Shown here: positions 28,968 to 37,522 of the stretch, piece by piece
Layout: every line of letters begins with the position of its first letter
Numbering within the stretch: position 1 is the first letter of the stretch
Virus record (IMG/VR): IMGVR_UViG_2700988815_000001
Location: 34,288-98,287 of that record
DNA length: 64,000 bases
Strand: one strand, 5' to 3'
Origin: a virus
Taxonomy: Duplodnaviria; Caudoviricetes
Notes under the pieces: generated by a model
Database searches by the model: none
What the model was told of the DNA's origin: nothing
What the model saw: the letters and a program-made list of their open reading frames with translations, nothing else
Translations under genes and position numbers: made by a program

Positions 28968-28996
28968 AAGCCCTGCCCTCACCGGCGGGGCTTTTT
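28968..28996 (+). terminator. Rho-independent terminator
   Basis: AAGCCCTGCC...GGCGGGGCTTTTT. Confidence 0.8.
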
Positions 28997-29008
28997 CACA
29001 TCTAGGGG

Positions 29009-29036
29009 TTGACAAGGGGTTAGAATGGTGTAGAAT
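29009..29036 (+). promoter_or_regulatory. Sigma70-type promoter
   Basis: TTGACA-N16-TAGAAT. Confidence 0.75.
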
Positions 29037-29064
29037 GGCCCACATACCAGACAGGAGATACACA

Positions 29065-29277
29065 ATGATTACTGAAGGTCAGATACTAAACTTCGCGGAT
29101 GAACTTGAGAAACGTGTACAAGAACGAGACAGCAGCTACACTGTGCGTGTACAATCCGCACAAGGGATTCACGGCCCTATGTTCTTGATTCATGTAGAAA
29201 ATGCTACCGACTCCCAACGATTCGTGGTAGACTCTGCGCTTCACACATTCCTGAGAGAGTATGACGTTGGACAATAA
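29065..29277 (+). CDS. Hypothetical protein
   Basis: RBS AGGAG before ATG 29065. Confidence 0.6.
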   Translation: MITEGQILNFADELEKRVQERDSSYTVRVQSAQGIHGPMFLIHVENATDSQRFVVDSALHTFLREYDVGQ

Positions 29278-29389
29278 AATCAGAAATCCCTTGGCAGCAG
29301 CCAACCGACGTGTTAATGTACCCAAGGTTGAACGCGACCGTACCAAGTATCGTCGCAAACGTAAACACAAGAAAGGAGAACAAGAATGA
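29261..29389 (+). CDS. Small basic protein, ArfA-like (42 aa, below ORF-track cutoff)
   Basis: MTLDNKIRNPLAAANRRVNVPKVERDRTKYRRKRKHKKGEQE; fills the gap and overlaps both neighbours. Confidence 0.6.
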   Translation: MTLDNKIRNPLAAANRRVNVPKVERDRTKYRRKRKHKKGEQE

Positions 29390-29568
29390 ATGTAGGTGAT
29401 CGTGTAAAGGTTGTTGCAATCGTTGGCTCGCCACATGACTTCATGGGTGACGAAGGCACCATCGTGAAGCTGACAGAAGTACGTGACGGTGTTGTGTATG
29501 AAATGGAGGTTGACTTTGACGAGTGGTTTGCTGTACCATTCATGGCTTCTGAACTGGAGGTGATTTAA
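29386..29568 (+). CDS. Hypothetical small beta-barrel (KOW/SH3-like) protein
   Basis: VGDRVKV...GDEGTIV...ELE pattern; RBS AAAGGAG. Confidence 0.6.
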   Translation: MNVGDRVKVVAIVGSPHDFMGDEGTIVKLTEVRDGVVYEMEVDFDEWFAVPFMASELEVI

Positions 29569-29891
29569 TGGCTAGCATCCCAACCCTGAACGGCAACACA
29601 ATTATGATTCCGTTCCCAACAATCAACGCTGCATGGGACTTCTGTGTATCCGCTGGGCTGACTCAATTTGCAGTGCGAGAGTTGCCTGATGGCTTTAGCC
29701 TAGCAACCCCAATCACTGCTTCCCTTGAGGACAAGATTCCGGGTATACTGCACGGAGCGCGGGCAAGGGCCAAGCCACAAGATAAACCAAAGCCACCAAC
29801 TGGAGGTGGTGACGGTACTCCACCAAGCGGTGGGACACCGGGTAGCACGTCGGTATGGCAACAGACATTTACGGAGGCAAGAGCAGCTTGA
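29568..29891 (+). CDS. Hypothetical protein with Pro/Gly-rich tail
   Basis: RBS GGAGGT; KPKPPTGGGDGTPP segment. Confidence 0.6.
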   Translation: MASIPTLNGNTIMIPFPTINAAWDFCVSAGLTQFAVRELPDGFSLATPITASLEDKIPGILHGARARAKPQDKPKPPTGGGDGTPPSGGTPGSTSVWQQTFTEARAA

Positions 29892-31738
29892 CAAGTCAGG
29901 AACTAGCAGAAAAGTATGGCATTGACCTGTATACTTATGGTAAAGTAGCCTGCCCTAAATGCACAAAGAAAGGTTTGGATCGTACAGGTGATAACCTCAT
30001 GGTGTACGGGACAGACACAGACGGGCGTCATAAGGGCGCCCACTGTTTCGGTGGATGTGGCGGTTTCGATATTCCTTCCGAAGAGTGGTTGGAAGAACAT
30101 GGTGTGGTAGAAGAGCAGGAGTACAATATTGTGGGTGCTGAATTCAACGAAGAGATTCATGCAAGAATGAAAGAAATCACCACGACCGACTCGAAAGGGT
30201 ATCGTGGGATTCGCAAGGATACAACCGCTGCGTTTGGTGTTCGTCATGAAATCAACACGCAGACTGGTGAGGTGGCAGTTCAATACTACCCATGCACTAT
30301 GGAGAGTGAGGACAACGATCACGGGTTCATCCTGACAGGGTATAAGAAGCGAACGCTTCCTAAAGACTTCAAAGGAGCACTGGGTGAGACTGGTCGTGAG
30401 TGCCAACTGTTCGGTCAGTTCAAGTTCATGCGTGACCGTGGCAAGTATTGCATCATCGTTGGTGGTGAGATTGACCAACTGTCCACGTACCAGATGCTGG
30501 CTGATTACCAGAAGGGCAAAGGTTATGAGCACATCCCAACCGTAAGTCCTACCATCGGTGAGACTGGTTGTGAGAAGCAGATTGTTTTGCAATACGAGTG
30601 GTTCAACCGTTTCGAACGAATCATTGTCTGCATGGACAACGACGAAGCTGGCCGTAAGGCTGCTGAAATGGTGTGTAAGGCTCTACCGAAAGGCAAGGCA
30701 TACGTGATGGAAATGAGCCTGAAAGACCCTAACGAGTATTTGAAAGCTGGCAAGGAACGAGAGTTTATCTCTTGCTTCTACAAGGCTGCACCATATACTC
30801 CAAGCGGGATTGTTGGTTCTGGTTCTTTGATGAACCTGATGAAGAAGGCTGCTACCACACCTAAAATTCCTTTGCCACCTTTCATGAAGAAAGTGCAGAA
30901 GATGATGGCTGGCGGTATCCCTCTCAAGACCATCACCAACTTGGGTTCGGCGTCTGGTACTGGTAAGTCCACCATCGTAGATGAGTGTGTCTACCACTGG
31001 ATTTTCAACAGTCCACACAAACCGGGTGTGCTGTCCCTTGAGTCTGATTGTGCTCAATACGGTAACAAGATGTTGTCTCGACACATCGGCAAGAAGCTTG
31101 ACCTGATCGAAGACGATCAAGAAAAGATTGACCTGCTGAACAGTCCAGAGGTTGAGGCGAAGGCTCAAGAGTTGTTCTTCCTTGAGGATGGATCGCACCG
31201 CTGGCACTTGGTTGAAGAGCGTGATGGCTCGATTGAGGATATCAAAGAGAAGATCATGGAGCTTATCATTGCATGCGAGTGCAAGGTAATCATCGTTGAC
31301 CCTCTCCAAGACATTCTAGATGGCTTGAGCAACGAAGAGCAGGCTGTGTTCATGAAGTGGCTGAAAGGTACTGTAAAGAGCCACGACGTAAGCTTCATCC
31401 TGATCAACCACGTTCGTAAGAGTGCTGGTGGCGGTAAGCAGAACTCGGCTGGTGCTGACCTGTTCGAAGAAGACTTCCAAGGGTCGTCTGCAATCTTCAA
31501 ATCGGCTGCGTGCAACCTGTTGTTCACACGTAACAAGGAAGCAGAAAACGAGATTGAGCGTAACGTGACAACCATGAAGATGACCAAGTGTCGTTGGACT
31601 GGTAACACAAGCCCTCAAGCTGGTAAATACTTCTACGACAACCAGACACACACTCTGTTCGATCTGGACGAGTACCTTGACCGTAATCCAGCGGTGAAGG
31701 AAGCGTATCTGGATGCTCTGGCAAGACAAGAAGACTAA
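29855..31738 (+). CDS. DNA primase-helicase (T7 gp4-like)
   Basis: Zn finger CPKC...CFGGC, TOPRIM DND, Walker A SGTGKS, Walker B IIVD, LINHVRK; true start may be TTG 29888. Confidence 0.92.
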   Translation: MATDIYGGKSSLTSQELAEKYGIDLYTYGKVACPKCTKKGLDRTGDNLMVYGTDTDGRHKGAHCFGGCGGFDIPSEEWLEEHGVVEEQEYNIVGAEFNEEIHARMKEITTTDSKGYRGIRKDTTAAFGVRHEINTQTGEVAVQYYPCTMESEDNDHGFILTGYKKRTLPKDFKGALGETGRECQLFGQFKFMRDRGKYCIIVGGEIDQLSTYQMLADYQKGKGYEHIPTVSPTIGETGCEKQIVLQYEWFNRFERIIVCMDNDEAGRKAAEMVCKALPKGKAYVMEMSLKDPNEYLKAGKEREFISCFYKAAPYTPSGIVGSGSLMNLMKKAATTPKIPLPPFMKKVQKMMAGGIPLKTITNLGSASGTGKSTIVDECVYHWIFNSPHKPGVLSLESDCAQYGNKMLSRHIGKKLDLIEDDQEKIDLLNSPEVEAKAQELFFLEDGSHRWHLVEERDGSIEDIKEKIMELIIACECKVIIVDPLQDILDGLSNEEQAVFMKWLKGTVKSHDVSFILINHVRKSAGGGKQNSAGADLFEEDFQGSSAIFKSAACNLLFTRNKEAENEIERNVTTMKMTKCRWTGNTSPQAGKYFYDNQTHTLFDLDEYLDRNPAVKEAYLDALARQED

Positions 31739-31742
31739 GTGG

Positions 31743-31780
31743 TTGACGGGAGGGGGTATGCTTATGTATACTCCCTCTCA
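31743..31780 (+). promoter_or_regulatory. Promoter overlapped by a hairpin upstream of polymerase
   Basis: TTGACG...TATACT inside GGGAGGGGGTATGC-TTAT-GTATACTCCCTCTC. Confidence 0.5.
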
Positions 31781-31799
31781 TCGTTTTAAGGAGAGCAAC

Positions 31800-34082
31800 A
31801 TGAAACAAATTACCAACTGGCGTAAAGCCACCGTAGCTGACTTCGAAGCCAACGGACTTCTTTATGATGTAACTGAAATGCACGTCTTGTCCTACAAGAT
31901 GCACAGCCCACAGCTTGATGGTGCTTTCATCGAGAAGACTATCCGTCGTGACAGCCCGCTGGATAAGCTTGGCCGTGATTACAAAGGGCAAGTGGCTGCG
32001 TTCTTCCAATATCACATTGACAAAGGCATCCCGATTGTGATGCACAATGGTATTGGCTACGACGTTAAGATGACAGAGAAGGTGCTTGGCATTGACCTGT
32101 CTGACCTGATGGTTATTGACTCTCTGGCAACTTCGTGGTACTTGAGTCCTGAGCGTCGTATGCACGGCCTTGATAGCTTCTTTGAAGACTACGGGATTGC
32201 CAAGCCAGTTATTGATAGCTGGGAGCAGGGCGAGGATGAAACACTGGCAGAGTTCTTGGATCGTATGCAAAACCGATGCCAAGAGGACGTTAAGATCAAC
32301 GTTGCACTGTGGAATGACCACGCTGAACGTCTGGAGGATATGTACACCGAAGCTCAAAAGTTGATTGACTTCGGTCAACGTATTGAGGACAAGAAGGGTG
32401 GCGTCAAGGTGCTGAACGTCGGCGGGACTCGTATCTCTACTGATGAATGGATTCCGATTGACGACATGATTGGCCGTAGTGTTGACAAGGCGATTGATAG
32501 CATCCTGACGTTCCTGATGTTCAAGATGGATTGTGCCGCACTGCAAGAGACAACCCGCTGGGAAGTTGACGTAGACCATTGCAGACAATCGCTAGAGAAG
32601 CTTGAAGTGATTGTGGCTGCTGCTCGGGAAGGCTTGGCTGCTGTAATGCCGAAGGTTCCTAAATACGTCAAGAAGAACCAGCCAAAGGCTGATCCGTTCA
32701 AGAAGAACGGGGATCGTAACGCCCACTGGGTTAAGTGGGATGAGGTGATGGCTGATCTGGCGAGTGGGGCAAAGGACGAAGAGACTGGAGCTGTCAAGGT
32801 TTATATTGACCCAGATGATGGTCTTTCGCCTGAGACTGGTACTCAATTCTACCGTGTATGGCACCACAACGAAGAGCCAAATCCGGGGGCGCCGGGGCAA
32901 GTAAAGGACTTCCTGTTCTCCAAAGGTTGGGTTCCTCAGACGTTCAAGTATGAAAAGGATGAGGTTGCATTTGAGGCTTGGATCGCAAGAAAGCCACAAG
33001 GCAAGGCCAACAAACAGCAATGGGATCGTTGGAAGAACAGCCGACCAGAGGAACGTGCAATCCCACAAATCTCTGTAGGTGGTGACGATGGTAAAGAGCT
33101 GTGCCACAGCCTCTTAGAGCTTGCTGAGGAAGTGCCAGCGATTAAGGTGTACGCTGACTACAAGGTTGCTGAGAACCGCCGTAACGTGCTCAAGGGCTTC
33201 TTCCGTGATATGGAGGATGGCAAGTGGTTGAAGGCTCGCATTGGTGGCTTCACAAACACCCTGCGTGTACAGCACCGTGAACTGGTAAACCTTCCGGGTG
33301 TTGACAAGCCTTACGGCTATGACATTCGTGGATCGTTGATTGCAGGGTTGAAAAAGAAGCTGGCAGGTTCTGACTTGTCGTCTCTTGAAGACCGTGTGAA
33401 GCACCACTTCATGTTGCCGCATGACCCTGAGTACGTGGCTACAATGCAGGCTGACAACTTCGACCCGCACATCCTCATGGCATTGATTGCCAAGATGATT
33501 ACGCAGCAAGAGTTTGACGACTTCATGAATGGCATCAAGAGTGCCAACGCCAAGGCAGCACGTAAGAAGGGCAAGACAACCAACTATGCTTCCGTGTACA
33601 ATGCTGGTGCGGCTAAGATCGCTCAGGCGGCTGGTGTATCCCTTGAGGAAGGTAAGATTCTTCACACTGCTTACTGGGAGCTGAACTGGTCTGTAAAGGC
33701 TATTGCAGATGAACAGGTGGTGTTCAAAGATGCACGTGGCAATAAGTGGCTGATCAACCCAATCAACGGGTTCTGCTATAGCTTGCGTTCTGAGGCTGAC
33801 CGTTTCTCGACACTGGCTCAAGGGACTGGCTCGTATTTCTTTGACATGTGGGTTGACAACATCCTCAATGCAATGGTAGAAGAGTGGGGAAGTAAGGCTA
33901 AGCGTCTGTCTGGTAGCTTCCACGACGAGTGCATCATTTGCATTGGCGACAAGGAAGAGTACAAAGTTAAGCTGGCTAAGATCATCAAAGACTCTATCTA
34001 CAAAGTGAATGATGACTTTGGTCTGCGTCGTAAGCTGGACTGTGAGACTCAATTTGGTGATCGTTATTCTGACATTCACTAA
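31800..34082 (+). CDS. polA: DNA polymerase, family A, with 3'-5' exonuclease
   Basis: Exo DFEANG, HNGIGYD; motif A SDLSSLE; motif B RKKGKTTNYASVY (Tyr at the position equivalent to E. coli 762); motif C HDE; RBS AAGGAG. Confidence 0.93.
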   Translation: MKQITNWRKATVADFEANGLLYDVTEMHVLSYKMHSPQLDGAFIEKTIRRDSPLDKLGRDYKGQVAAFFQYHIDKGIPIVMHNGIGYDVKMTEKVLGIDLSDLMVIDSLATSWYLSPERRMHGLDSFFEDYGIAKPVIDSWEQGEDETLAEFLDRMQNRCQEDVKINVALWNDHAERLEDMYTEAQKLIDFGQRIEDKKGGVKVLNVGGTRISTDEWIPIDDMIGRSVDKAIDSILTFLMFKMDCAALQETTRWEVDVDHCRQSLEKLEVIVAAAREGLAAVMPKVPKYVKKNQPKADPFKKNGDRNAHWVKWDEVMADLASGAKDEETGAVKVYIDPDDGLSPETGTQFYRVWHHNEEPNPGAPGQVKDFLFSKGWVPQTFKYEKDEVAFEAWIARKPQGKANKQQWDRWKNSRPEERAIPQISVGGDDGKELCHSLLELAEEVPAIKVYADYKVAENRRNVLKGFFRDMEDGKWLKARIGGFTNTLRVQHRELVNLPGVDKPYGYDIRGSLIAGLKKKLAGSDLSSLEDRVKHHFMLPHDPEYVATMQADNFDPHILMALIAKMITQQEFDDFMNGIKSANAKAARKKGKTTNYASVYNAGAAKIAQAAGVSLEEGKILHTAYWELNWSVKAIADEQVVFKDARGNKWLINPINGFCYSLRSEADRFSTLAQGTGSYFFDMWVDNILNAMVEEWGSKAKRLSGSFHDECIICIGDKEEYKVKLAKIIKDSIYKVNDDFGLRRKLDCETQFGDRYSDIH

Positions 34083-34091
34083 AAATAATGG

Positions 34092-34120
34092 TTGACACCG
34101 GGGGCGAAAGCCCCCATACT
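34092..34120 (+). promoter_or_regulatory. Sigma70-type promoter with a GNRA hairpin in the spacer
   Basis: TTGACA-N17-CATACT; GGGGGC-GAAA-GCCCCC. Confidence 0.6.
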
Positions 34121-34153
34121 CTCCCACATCGAACACACATTGGAGGAAACACA

Positions 34154-34432
34154 ATGACTCAACGTAACGAACCATCCGTAGGCGCTTTCGACTTCCTCGG
34201 TTTCGGCAAGCAGAAGGAAGCTGTCAAGACTCCAGACCAACTGGTGAAAGAAGCCCTGCAAGGTTTCACTGACGCTCAAGCAACTCTTGAGAAAGCTCAA
34301 GCTGCTATCGCTGAGCAGAAGGCTGAACACGAAGCTGAAATCGCTGCACGTCAAGCTCTGCTGACCGAAGCAGAAGCATCGCACGATCACCTTGGCCGAG
34401 TGGCTGAACGCTTCAAGGCTCTGCTGGCGTGA
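34154..34432 (+). CDS. Hypothetical coiled-coil protein
   Basis: RBS GGAGG before ATG 34154. Confidence 0.65.
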   Translation: MTQRNEPSVGAFDFLGFGKQKEAVKTPDQLVKEALQGFTDAQATLEKAQAAIAEQKAEHEAEIAARQALLTEAEASHDHLGRVAERFKALLA

Positions 34433-34626
34433 GCTGGCAGGCAGACCAATACAGAGTGATCAAGAAAGACAGCTACCATATGTACGCGCTTGGCGAAATC
34501 GTCAAGCGTCTTGGTTCTGCCCGAATCCTCGACACTTATGTATACGTCAATGACCGTGGAATTATGCAGCGACTAACTGACGAACAAGTGCAATTAGTTG
34601 TTGACACCCCGGACGAACAGGCGTAA
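34429..34626 (+). CDS. Hypothetical protein
   Basis: GTGA overlap with upstream gene. Confidence 0.45.
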   Translation: MSWQADQYRVIKKDSYHMYALGEIVKRLGSARILDTYVYVNDRGIMQRLTDEQVQLVVDTPDEQA

Positions 34627-34658
34627 GATACGCTCTCTACAAACGAAGGAGGATTTAC

Positions 34659-35072
34659 ATGGTTTATGTAACAGGCGATAAAGCACTTGTGGTTGACGGG
34701 TATGATGGTGATGACGGCTATCACTACTTTCCACACGGCACAATTGTTGAGTACGTGAAGGACACCCCGTTCGGCCCAGTCTTCAAGGGTCAAACTGACA
34801 CCGGCCCTGACACACAGTTCATGCAGTACGAGCATGTGGTTCCGGTCACTGTCGAAGATGAACCAGCCGCAAAGGTTGAAGGTGGAGTAGTTGAAAAAGA
34901 GGTTGACAAAGACCTGCCAACTAAGGCACTATACGCAGTAATTAAAGGCGATGGTAACAACGTCTGGTCGGGTGAAGACCGCGACACAGCACGTGAAATC
35001 AAAGCTGCTCTCGGCGGTAAACGAAATGGTGTTCGCATCTTCTCGTACACTGCTGACAAAGAGATTCGTTGA
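34659..35072 (+). CDS. Hypothetical protein
   Basis: RBS AAGGAGG. Confidence 0.65.
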   Translation: MVYVTGDKALVVDGYDGDDGYHYFPHGTIVEYVKDTPFGPVFKGQTDTGPDTQFMQYEHVVPVTVEDEPAAKVEGGVVEKEVDKDLPTKALYAVIKGDGNNVWSGEDRDTAREIKAALGGKRNGVRIFSYTADKEIR

Positions 35073-35155
35073 TCTGATCAATCAACAATAAGCGGGGGCC
35101 AACACGCCCCCAAATTCAGCCTACGATATTAGGCATTAGTATAGGAGAAACAAAA

Positions 35156-36175
35156 ATGGCTTTTCAAACAACTGGTAACGCAACTACTGCTGGCTCCGAG
35201 AACCGCAAACAGGTCGATTACAAAGCCCTGAACGCGCACTTGGTTGAAGCTGCTGGTGGCGGGAAACAACGTTCCCTGCCGGGTATCATCACTGGTATCT
35301 ACGACCTCGGTATGCAAGTGCTGGACGACGCGGCAATCCCTGTGACTGACGCTGACTTCCTGAAACGCTACCCAGAGTACGATGGCTCCGTAGCTGGTAA
35401 CGAAGCTGTAATTGCCAAAGCTGGCCGTGAAAACGCTCGCTTCGAAGAGTTCGAAGGCAACATGTGCTTCCGTTACAAGCAGAAGGACGTGCAACAAGTG
35501 GCCGTATGTGCGGACTTCCCGCAGATCATGGTTGACAAGAGCCTGCACTTCACTGGTGTATCGAACCCAATGCCTCTGCGTTTGATCCTCAACGGGGAAT
35601 TCAACCGTCTGGTGCAGAAGCCGTTCAACCTGCGTCAAATGAACCACAACCAAGGCAAGCCGGGTGCTGCTAAGTGGGCACTGGCTAAGAACAGCCAACT
35701 GCACAAACTGGCTGACGCTTCTGGTATTCTCGACAAGGATGGCTTGTTCACAAGCAACCGTATTGACGAGCTGCTGGGCAAAGTGGTACAGTTCCAAATC
35801 AAGCTGCACTTCAACGACAAAGGCTTCTTCAAAGAAGACATCAAGATCGCTGGTATCGTGCCAGAAGGTCTGCCACACCCTGAACTGCCAGAAGGTGTAA
35901 CACTGGCTCTGGTTCAAATGTGGGATGCCAACTTGGACAAGACTGCTGCTCTGGAAGCACGTGCTTGCATCAAGAACCACCAGCGTAAAGCTGTTAACTT
36001 CACCAGCACTGATGCTGACGGCGTTGTCACTGACAGCCCACTGAAAGCGGTCATTGGTGAAGGATGGAAGAAGGACGCTGAGGCCGCTCCACAAGAGAAG
36101 GCCAAGCCAGTCGGTATCACTCCAAGTGCTCCAGCACCTGACAGTGATGACTTCGATGACGACGTTCCGTTCTAA
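35156..36175 (+). CDS. Putative single-stranded DNA-binding protein
   Basis: Acidic C-terminal tip DDFDDDVPF, biased codon usage, located in the replication module. Confidence 0.7.
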   Translation: MAFQTTGNATTAGSENRKQVDYKALNAHLVEAAGGGKQRSLPGIITGIYDLGMQVLDDAAIPVTDADFLKRYPEYDGSVAGNEAVIAKAGRENARFEEFEGNMCFRYKQKDVQQVAVCADFPQIMVDKSLHFTGVSNPMPLRLILNGEFNRLVQKPFNLRQMNHNQGKPGAAKWALAKNSQLHKLADASGILDKDGLFTSNRIDELLGKVVQFQIKLHFNDKGFFKEDIKIAGIVPEGLPHPELPEGVTLALVQMWDANLDKTAALEARACIKNHQRKAVNFTSTDADGVVTDSPLKAVIGEGWKKDAEAAPQEKAKPVGITPSAPAPDSDDFDDDVPF

Positions 36176-36187
36176 TCGAACTAGCTG

Positions 36188-36221
36188 TTGACAGCAAAGG
36201 GCACAGTCTGTATGATGTGCC
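36188..36221 (+). promoter_or_regulatory. Sigma70-type promoter with an overlapping inverted repeat
   Basis: TTGACA-N17-TATGAT; GGGCACA...TGTGCCC. Confidence 0.65.
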
Positions 36222-36249
36222 CACACCAAACATCAAAGGAGAGACACAA

Positions 36250-36516
36250 ATGGCTAAGACACTTTTCGTACTCGTATCCGATGGCGGCGACGGCTCTTAC
36301 TACCCTCACTACACCTTCAACGCTGAGTTCATCCGCAAGATGAATGACGCTTACGAAAGCGGCCAACTCGACTACGAGTCGATGGGTTGTGACGGTGACG
36401 GATTCCACTACGACACTATCAAAGTTCCTGATGAATGCACCTACGAAAGTATGGGTATCACTGACTGCTCCTACGAGCTGAACTTTGAGGACGAAGACGA
36501 AGAAGAGGACGAGTGA
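36250..36516 (+). CDS. Hypothetical acidic protein
   Basis: RBS AAAGGAG; DGGDGS motif, poly-acidic tail. Confidence 0.65.
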   Translation: MAKTLFVLVSDGGDGSYYPHYTFNAEFIRKMNDAYESGQLDYESMGCDGDGFHYDTIKVPDECTYESMGITDCSYELNFEDEDEEEDE

Positions 36517-36629
36517 TGTTAGTCACCATATTCTGGATGATGGTTGTTTTGGACTTTTTCGTACCGGGAGTTAATATCGCCCTTGGCTGGTATCTCCTGC
36601 TACTTGTGTTAATCGCATTGGAGGATTGA
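36516..36629 (+). CDS. Small hydrophobic membrane peptide (37 aa)
   Basis: TGATG coupling; fills the gap exactly. Confidence 0.45.
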   Translation: MLVTIFWMMVVLDFFVPGVNIALGWYLLLLVLIALED

Positions 36630-36631
36630 GA

Positions 36632-37210
36632 ATGATCGTAAAGGAAGAACAAGCAGTAAAAATCGTATTTGTACTTGATGAATCTGGCTCCATGAGCCAC
36701 CTGCGTCAAGACGTGATCGGTGGTTTCAACACCACTATCGCAGACCAGAAGAGCCTTCCCGGCAAAGCTGATGTGACCCTGATCACCTTCGCATCGACTG
36801 TACGCACACGCTTCGAAAGCGTTGACCTACAGACCGTTGAAGACCTGACCAACGAGTCCTACCAGCCAAGCGGCGGCACAGCAATGAACGATGCCATTGG
36901 TATTGCTCTGGCACGTGTACTGGCTGATGCTCCTGAGAAAGCAATCATCAACATCTTCACTGATGGTTATGAGAACGCTTCCCGTGAGTATACTCCAGCT
37001 CAAGTCAAGGAGCTTGTCAAGCAAGCAGAAGCCAAAGGTTATCAAGTTGTGTTCCTCGCAGCCAACATTGATGAGCAAGTGGTTGGTGCATCCTTCGGCC
37101 TTCACGCTAGTGCAACACGTGGCTTTGTAGCTGACGCAAAGGGTATGGAAACTGCATACCTGCAAGCTTCGGCATCTGTAACCAACTACCGTTCGGAGGT
37201 AATTCAATGA
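36632..37210 (+). CDS. von Willebrand factor A (vWA) domain protein
   Basis: MIDAS motif DESGSM, GGTAMNDAI, FTDGYEN. Confidence 0.88.
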   Translation: MIVKEEQAVKIVFVLDESGSMSHLRQDVIGGFNTTIADQKSLPGKADVTLITFASTVRTRFESVDLQTVEDLTNESYQPSGGTAMNDAIGIALARVLADAPEKAIINIFTDGYENASREYTPAQVKELVKQAEAKGYQVVFLAANIDEQVVGASFGLHASATRGFVADAKGMETAYLQASASVTNYRSEVIQ

Positions 37211-37482
37211 GTGACCAACACGTAAACCTGACAGAAGAGGAAATCTTCGCAGAACTGGTGAAGCTGTTCACCACTCAACTCTCGACGGCAGATGCCATCA
37301 AAGACTTGAAGAACAAGAACAAATTTAACAAGAACGCCAACCCTACTGGGATTGACTCTCACGAATTGGGACTGATCGTGGCGGCAGCTAAGCTGGAAGC
37401 CAACGAAGCTTACGAAGAGTTCACTGGTCGTAACGCTGAAATTCAAGCCAAGTTCGAAGAGCTGACTGGCTACAACTTGTAA
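37207..37482 (+). CDS. Hypothetical protein
   Basis: RBS GGAGGT, ATGA overlap. Confidence 0.65.
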   Translation: MSDQHVNLTEEEIFAELVKLFTTQLSTADAIKDLKNKNKFNKNANPTGIDSHELGLIVAAAKLEANEAYEEFTGRNAEIQAKFEELTGYNL

Positions 37483-37486
37483 GATG

Positions 37487-37506
37487 AAGGGGCTACGGCC
37501 CCTTTT
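37487..37506 (+). terminator. Rho-independent terminator
   Basis: AAGGGGC-TACG-GCCCCTTTT. Confidence 0.75.
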
Positions 37507-37522
37507 GCTATTGGAGGGGAAA

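Noticed and set aside
31713-31799. N-terminal extension of the DNA polymerase from the ORF track
   Set aside because: Overlaps a promoter/hairpin; a strong RBS precedes ATG 31800
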